Source: a virus
Taxonomy: Duplodnaviria > Caudoviricetes
Direction: 5' to 3' (one strand)
Length of the DNA: 63,971 nt
Virus record (IMG/VR): IMGVR_UViG_3300037608_000035
Span: 1 to 63,971 of that record
Shown here: positions 59,190-63,971 of the stretch, piece after piece
Position numbering within the stretch: position 1 is the first letter of the stretch
How the letters are laid out: every line of letters starts with the position of its first letter
Position numbers and translations under genes: made by a program
The notes under the pieces: generated by a model
What the model saw: the letters and a program-made list of their open reading frames with translations, nothing else
Database searches by the model: none
Told to the model about the DNA's origin: nothing

Positions 59190-60320
59190 GTCATTGGTGG
59201 GTGTACCATTTGGGTGCACTTTTGCAAATTTCCCTTCAATTTTGGCCATCGTGTCTCTTTGGTGCGGGTCGATAAAATGCAAGTATTTTTCAGTTGTTGA
59301 AAGGTTTTTGTGTCTCAAGAGCCTTTGGGCGGATTTACTCGATATTTTTTCCTCGTCAGCGAGGTATGAAGCCATGAAGTGCCGGAACGAATGAAACCCA
59401 TAGTAATGGTCGATTTCAATAATCTTTCCCTTGTCTTTCCCGCGCCATAGTTTGATTTTCCCTTTTCCGATAGGTGAGATCCCGGCCCGCTTGCATATTG
59501 AAGCCATCATCCGGGGGCGATGGTAATACCGATCCCCTGCCTCCCCCGTCTTTTTGTTAAAGTACACCCATTGGTCCTGGGTGCGATTTTTCCATCGTGC
59601 CTTCAGGGTGTCGTAGAGAACCTGATTCATCGGCATCTGATCACTTTCGTACTTTCCGTCTTTCCGTTTTCGCGTCCATAGGGTGATCGTCTTCTTTTCA
59701 AAGTTTATGTCTTTCCATCGAAGGCGAAGAATCTCGTCGATTCTCCCCAAGAGATGCAGGCAGCACAGGACAAGATCCAGCTCATCACCAGGACGGGCGG
59801 CGGCAATGATCTTCAAGACCTCGTCAACGGTAGGGGTAGGGGGTTCCGGTTCAGCTACGGCCATAGGATCAAGCGCAAGGCATGGATTCACCATGAATTG
59901 AAACTTGTAAGGGTCCATCTTCTTAACCCATGCAAAGAGGGATGAAAGCTCCTGACGATGTTCGTTATAGGTGTTGTTGGTGGGTAATGTGTTCAGGTAG
60001 TTGTGAATGTGAATGGGAGCGTACTGGTCAATCGGAAGGTCGCCCTGGGACTTAATGAATTTATTGAAGGTGTTGAATTTTCGCTTGAATACATCCTTAA
60101 CGAATTTCCTCTCGGCGTACTGGAGATATTGCTTTGCAAAGACTGAGAAGGCCGTAGGGGTCTCGGTCGGTGGGGGTGTGGTTTTTAACTCCTTTCGATG
60201 AGCCGCTTCCGCCTCTTCCGAATCTCTTTTTGTCTTGTAGCCTCTTCCGGTATATCTGGTCCCTGTGCGCTTGAATTGGTATCGCCAGTGCTTCCGCTCT
60301 TGGTCCCAGTAAGATCCCAT
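59172..60320 (-). CDS. int: Tyrosine integrase
   Basis: GRIDEILRLRW, FHSFRH, LLRHKNLSTTEKYLH catalytic R-H-R-H-Y; GAGGT RBS. Confidence 0.93.
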   Translation of the reverse strand: MGSYWDQERKHWRYQFKRTGTRYTGRGYKTKRDSEEAEAAHRKELKTTPPPTETPTAFSVFAKQYLQYAERKFVKDVFKRKFNTFNKFIKSQGDLPIDQYAPIHIHNYLNTLPTNNTYNEHRQELSSLFAWVKKMDPYKFQFMVNPCLALDPMAVAEPEPPTPTVDEVLKIIAAARPGDELDLVLCCLHLLGRIDEILRLRWKDINFEKKTITLWTRKRKDGKYESDQMPMNQVLYDTLKARWKNRTQDQWVYFNKKTGEAGDRYYHRPRMMASICKRAGISPIGKGKIKLWRGKDKGKIIEIDHYYGFHSFRHFMASYLADEEKISSKSAQRLLRHKNLSTTEKYLHFIDPHQRDTMAKIEGKFAKVHPNGTPTNDKGAAV

Positions 60321-60495
60321 AAATAACCTCGGGGTCGAATCTCACGCATCCGAGACCGGCAGGCTTAAACCCGCCAAGCTCTCGCTGTCGTTTATATACA
60401 GTCCGGGGGGAAATGCTCAACAGGCTGGCAACATCATTGACGGTAAGCAGCCCTCTCAGGGGTTCTATGGAGTATTTTTGAGACAGTGTCAACAT
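60097..60495 (-). CDS. Excisionase-like HTH protein overlapping int by 224 nt
   Basis: LLTVNDVASLLSISPRTVY...VRF; directly upstream of int; start uncertain. Confidence 0.7.
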   Translation of the reverse strand: MLTLSQKYSIEPLRGLLTVNDVASLLSISPRTVYKRQRELGGFKPAGLGCVRFDPEVIYGILLGPRAEALAIPIQAHRDQIYRKRLQDKKRFGRGGSGSSKGVKNHTPTDRDPYGLLSLCKAISPVRREEIR

Positions 60496-60505
60496 TATAG
60501 TTTCT

Positions 60506-61213
60506 CTAACCGACTACAGTTTCCTTCACTCTTGCTTCCAGTCTGTCAAAATTCTTATCATCAATAGCGAACCCTTTTGATTGAGCATCTACGACAGATC
60601 GCAGTTTTTTTATATCCACTTGCAGGGCGTCGTTTTCTGCCTCAAGTTCCTCATTGCGGTTCTTCCATGTTTCGTATTTTTGAATGGCATTTACCCACAG
60701 TTGATATTTTTCGTTCTCTTTTTGCAGGGCGGCGTATTCCTTCCAATGAAAGGCAATCTGCCTGTCCTTCCTCTCAATTTCACACGCCAGACATGGCTTT
60801 CCTGTTTGCTTATCCCTATGGTCAGGACAGAGATTATTGGCAAGCGTTCCCTTGCATTTTACGTGAGCCTCCTTTAGTGCGGCTTTGGCTATCTCCCTTG
60901 CCATATTCATCGCAGCAGAACCAACGTCTGCCGCATCAAATTGAGTAAAATCGCTTATTGGCTCATCGCTTTTGGCTATCTTCTCCAACGCCCCTTTCAG
61001 CACCTTGATCCGGGCGGTCAGCCTGTCTCTCTCCGCATTGGCCTTGGCGCAGTTACGGCCTAAATCTTCCTCGCGCTCGTCCTTCTCCGCAAGGGCGGTT
61101 TTCAGTCTATCAATAACATCCATCGCTTGTGTGGCAAAAGGTCTGTCATCATCCCTATCCCTTGGACACCCTGTTCCTTCATGGTTTTGCTTGCAGATAT
61201 TACAGTAGCTCAT
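60506..61213 (-). CDS. Mosaic hypothetical protein (Cys motifs + coiled coils)
   Basis: CNICKQNH..GC, LCPDH..CLAC; AAGGGGG RBS. Confidence 0.65.
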   Translation of the reverse strand: MSYCNICKQNHEGTGCPRDRDDDRPFATQAMDVIDRLKTALAEKDEREEDLGRNCAKANAERDRLTARIKVLKGALEKIAKSDEPISDFTQFDAADVGSAAMNMAREIAKAALKEAHVKCKGTLANNLCPDHRDKQTGKPCLACEIERKDRQIAFHWKEYAALQKENEKYQLWVNAIQKYETWKNRNEELEAENDALQVDIKKLRSVVDAQSKGFAIDDKNFDRLEARVKETVVG

Positions 61214-61253
61214 ACGGCCCCCTTCAGTGTAGGAAATCTATAATAGATTTCCT

Positions 61254-61325
61254 GTTAGGATGTATTTCTGGAAATACTTCTGCATTCAGGTTAGGATGTA
61301 TTTCTGGAAATACTTCTGCATTCAG
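61254..61325. repeat. Perfect 36-bp tandem duplication with internal palindrome
   Basis: GTTAGGATGTATTTCTGGAAATACTTCTGCATTCAG x2; abuts AGGAAATCTA-TAA-TAGATTTCCT palindrome at 61231-61253. Confidence 0.95.
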
Positions 61326-61412
61326 ATATAAAGGGCGTTCCCAGCACTCGCCGCCCGACACTCACCACAAGCGTCACAGTCATACCCTTCACACCGGGAA
61401 CGCGCTTTTTTA

Positions 61413-61688
61413 CTATACCGACGGATTTACCAATACGGGCTGTGTGTCTTGGACCGCTTGATAGGTTGGTCCATTAAACCGCTGATCATTCTGCATATAA
61501 ATCTCTTCCGTCGATCTCGGCCGTGTGAGATATTGGTCTATGGCCATGCGGCAATCCTCAGCACTGCCGAAATATGCCTCCGTGCAGCCAATGACAATCT
61601 TCCATCCGACGATTCCCGGTGTTACAGAAAAGGCCCTCCACCTGTCTTTTTGCTGCTTTGTTTTTTCCATTTTTGCTCCGTCGTCCAT
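61413..61688 (-). CDS. Hypothetical protein
   Basis: AAGGAG RBS; GWKIVIGC motif. Confidence 0.65.
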   Translation of the reverse strand: MDDGAKMEKTKQQKDRWRAFSVTPGIVGWKIVIGCTEAYFGSAEDCRMAIDQYLTRPRSTEEIYMQNDQRFNGPTYQAVQDTQPVLVNPSV

Positions 61689-61747
61689 TTTATTCTCCTT
61701 TCACTCTCCTGGAGGTTCGTATTTGATAGGCCTCCGCGGCCTCTTCC

Positions 61748-62890
61748 TTATGCACCCCCCCACGCGGGGCAGCCCTCGCGCTCCTTGCAGGCATCGCAAT
61801 GCGCCTTGGTATAGATGTTATCGCCGTTATTCGGGCAAGGACCAGGGGCCATTTCTTCCGTTGCTTCGGTGTTCTCTTTCTTCGCGGCCGCCGCCGCCGT
61901 TTTCTTCTGCTGCTGGGCGTTTGCCCATTTCTCGTATGCCGCGAGGAATCCGGTCATGTCTTTCATGGCCTCGGACTTGATCTCATTGGCAGGCTTCTTG
62001 AAGTGTTTGGCTGCAACTTCAACATACCGAGCCATCAGTGGCTTGTCAGCGGTCGCCTTGTCGAATTCAGCCACCGCGGCTGAAAGATCGGGTTTGTTTT
62101 TATCATCGTCGTCCATCTCGATCATCATACCAGGTGGATCGTCGGTCAGTAGATCCATCTGTGATTCGCCCATGTGAGCCCGGTCTTCCAGCGCCGATGC
62201 CTTATTGAACTCCACGCTCATCGGCGTCAGCTTCGCATGGCGCTTGATGACGGTTTTCTTGCACATCTCGCCTTCATCCGTCGCCCAGGGTCCCGTCCAC
62301 TCGTCTTTCTTTTCGTCGTAGGTCTTCGACCGCCTGGCAATGGCCTTGATGTCCGCATAGGTCATATAATCGAAGGAATATGCCCCATCCTTGTACCTGA
62401 AGATGACATACGCGCCCTTGATGTCTCCTCTGTCCCCATCTGCGGGAATATGGTCGAGCTTTTCTGTCAGCCCATATTGCAAGGTGAAGAGATCCCGCTC
62501 ATAGACTACCTGGGATGACACCGATTGCAGCTCACCGGTCCTGCGTGCGAGGGCGATATACCCTCGATAGCCGGGCATAAACTGAGCCTCGTAGCAGTTT
62601 TTCTTGGTATTCCAGTAAGGTACGAAATACGCCTGGCCAAGGAAGGGATCGGGTTCCAACCCCAGGGCAGCGCTGGTCATGATGCAGCCGAGAAGGGACT
62701 GCTGGGTGCAATCCATGAGCTTTGGGTTCCGCTGAATGGATGTCATTGCGACGCGGATCAGCTTGTCCGCCGTCATGTGCTTAGGTAGGGCCTTCATAAT
62801 CTCACCCTTTACCCGGTTATCGTTGAAAAGCGCCCTGATGCTCTGCACTTTAGCCTGTGGTGTCAACGCTCTGTCTTCTGCTTTTGCCAT
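61748..62890 (-). CDS. recT: RecT-family single-strand annealing recombinase
   Basis: ALPKHMT...GLEP..LGQAYFVPY...QFMPGYRGYIALARRTG...PW...MCKKTVIKR. Confidence 0.92.
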   Translation of the reverse strand: MAKAEDRALTPQAKVQSIRALFNDNRVKGEIMKALPKHMTADKLIRVAMTSIQRNPKLMDCTQQSLLGCIMTSAALGLEPDPFLGQAYFVPYWNTKKNCYEAQFMPGYRGYIALARRTGELQSVSSQVVYERDLFTLQYGLTEKLDHIPADGDRGDIKGAYVIFRYKDGAYSFDYMTYADIKAIARRSKTYDEKKDEWTGPWATDEGEMCKKTVIKRHAKLTPMSVEFNKASALEDRAHMGESQMDLLTDDPPGMMIEMDDDDKNKPDLSAAVAEFDKATADKPLMARYVEVAAKHFKKPANEIKSEAMKDMTGFLAAYEKWANAQQQKKTAAAAAKKENTEATEEMAPGPCPNNGDNIYTKAHCDACKEREGCPAWGGA

Positions 62891-62915
62891 AATTCATGCC
62901 CTCTCTTTCTGTAGG

Positions 62916-63809
62916 TTATGTCCGATACTTACGGATGGATTCCTCGAAGATATTGACGCCTGGTATGTTCCGGACGCCTTCCTTTACCGCCTGGTCGATC
63001 AGTTTTTGGTCCGGCGTGCAATACTTCGCGGGCACAAGCGCCGGGTCAACGATCTCCCCCTTCCATTTCTTTGCTGTATGGGCAGCCACGCCTGTAGCCG
63101 TCCGCACCACATTATCCTGCTTGGGCATGACAGGAGCGAGGACGTCCGGGACGACCACGGCGATCTTGGCCGCTTCCTCTTCTGCGGTTTTGAGCGCTGT
63201 GACTCTGTCCTCTTCCAGTTTTGCCTTGAGAGCAGCCAGCTCATCTTCGGACGCCTTCCGCTTTTTTGCCTCCTCTTCCGCGATCTTGCGTAGCCGTTTG
63301 GATTCTTCCTCAGCGACCTTCCGGGCCTCTTCCATTGCCTTTTTGTTCAGTTCATCGGCCTCACGGCGCATCTCGGCCTGGAGTTTGTCCGCTGCGAGTT
63401 TTGCTTGTCTCGCGGCCTCTTGGCGGTCCAGTTCAAGCCGAGTGTTGTAGGCTTTTTCCTTCGCAGTCGCGACTGTAACCGCCTCATTCAGCGGTCCCGT
63501 GATCATCTTGGCAATGGAGTTTACAGCGGTGACATAATCATTCGGCCGGGTGACGATTGCTTTGCGCTTTTCCTCGACGGCTTTCATGATACGCTTTGCT
63601 TCTCCGATCAGGGCGACGGTATAACCCTGAGTCTCCAAATCCTTGACCTCCACGGTCTTAGCATCCCTGACGATCTCCAGCGCCCGGCCCCTGAATACTT
63701 CAAACTTTGGTTTCGCGACCTCCAGTGATAACTCCCGCCCGATCGTGACGATCTCGTCCGGTTCGCTGTATGCTCCGGCCTCTACTACTTCATCAAAATT
63801 CAATCCCAT
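62916..63809 (-). CDS. Coiled-coil early protein upstream of recT
   Basis: E/K/A-rich coil; C-terminal VPAKYCTPD...GVRNIPGVNIFEE. Confidence 0.75.
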   Translation of the reverse strand: MGLNFDEVVEAGAYSEPDEIVTIGRELSLEVAKPKFEVFRGRALEIVRDAKTVEVKDLETQGYTVALIGEAKRIMKAVEEKRKAIVTRPNDYVTAVNSIAKMITGPLNEAVTVATAKEKAYNTRLELDRQEAARQAKLAADKLQAEMRREADELNKKAMEEARKVAEEESKRLRKIAEEEAKKRKASEDELAALKAKLEEDRVTALKTAEEEAAKIAVVVPDVLAPVMPKQDNVVRTATGVAAHTAKKWKGEIVDPALVPAKYCTPDQKLIDQAVKEGVRNIPGVNIFEESIRKYRT

Positions 63810-63971
63810 AACCGTTCCCCCCTCTCCCGTTTGCACCAAAAAGATAAGACCACGCATCCTTCCATGAACCCATATACCTGCTCCCGGAGACTGCTATTTC
63901 GCTTTGAAGTATCTGTGGGCGTTGAGCGCTCCCAAAAAGGCATTGAATGCCATCAATTCGTTTTCTTTGGT
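63260..63971. repeat. Terminal redundancy, right copy
   Basis: Matches 1-712. Confidence 0.95.

Larger units (their letters stand above)
58989..59220. promoter_or_regulatory. attP region with five integrase arm-type repeats TGGGTG(T/C)AC(C/T)
   Basis: Copies at 58989, 59002, 59045 (inverted), 59198, 59211 flanking the core; IHF-like sequences on both sides. Confidence 0.8.

Noticed and set aside
61254-61325. CRISPR array or TIGR array
   Set aside because: Only two identical units with no spacers or variable segments, and no cas or Nop-domain gene is recognisable.
61324-61415. Stop-codon readthrough into a Cys-rich extension of 61413-61688
   Set aside because: Two consecutive stops (TAG TAA) and no sign of recoding elsewhere in the genome.

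Overview
The window is an essentially complete ~63.26 kb circular(ised) genome of a temperate, podovirus-like dsDNA phage of a diderm bacterium. Bases 1-712 recur, with about 23 substitutions, at 63260-63971. The layout is lambdoid. A leftward early arm holds RecT, a PD-(D/E)XK exonuclease, small ORFs, xis and a tyrosine integrase, and attP carries the 3' half of tRNA-Val(CAC). A cI/cro switch is followed by a DNA methyltransferase-Mrr-like gene and a lipoprotein. A rightward replication block holds RusA, an initiator with iterons, a DUF6475-like protein and a KTSC protein. The late region holds terminases, portal, scaffold, an N4-gp56-type capsid, many tail/fibre proteins, an endolysin-spanin-holin cassette, internal virion proteins and a 5581-aa DarB-like polyvalent protein. 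The two strongest unexplained signals lie inside the giant gene. The first is a near-consensus antisense sigma70 promoter right after a putative RNase (PBECR-like) domain. It would drive an ~85-nt two-hairpin kissing-loop RNA, a candidate RNA antitoxin hidden in the toxin's own coding sequence. The second is an overprinted +1-frame TnpV-like gene with its own RBS, just before the methyltransferase-helicase. All family assignments come from motif recognition by eye, not database searches.
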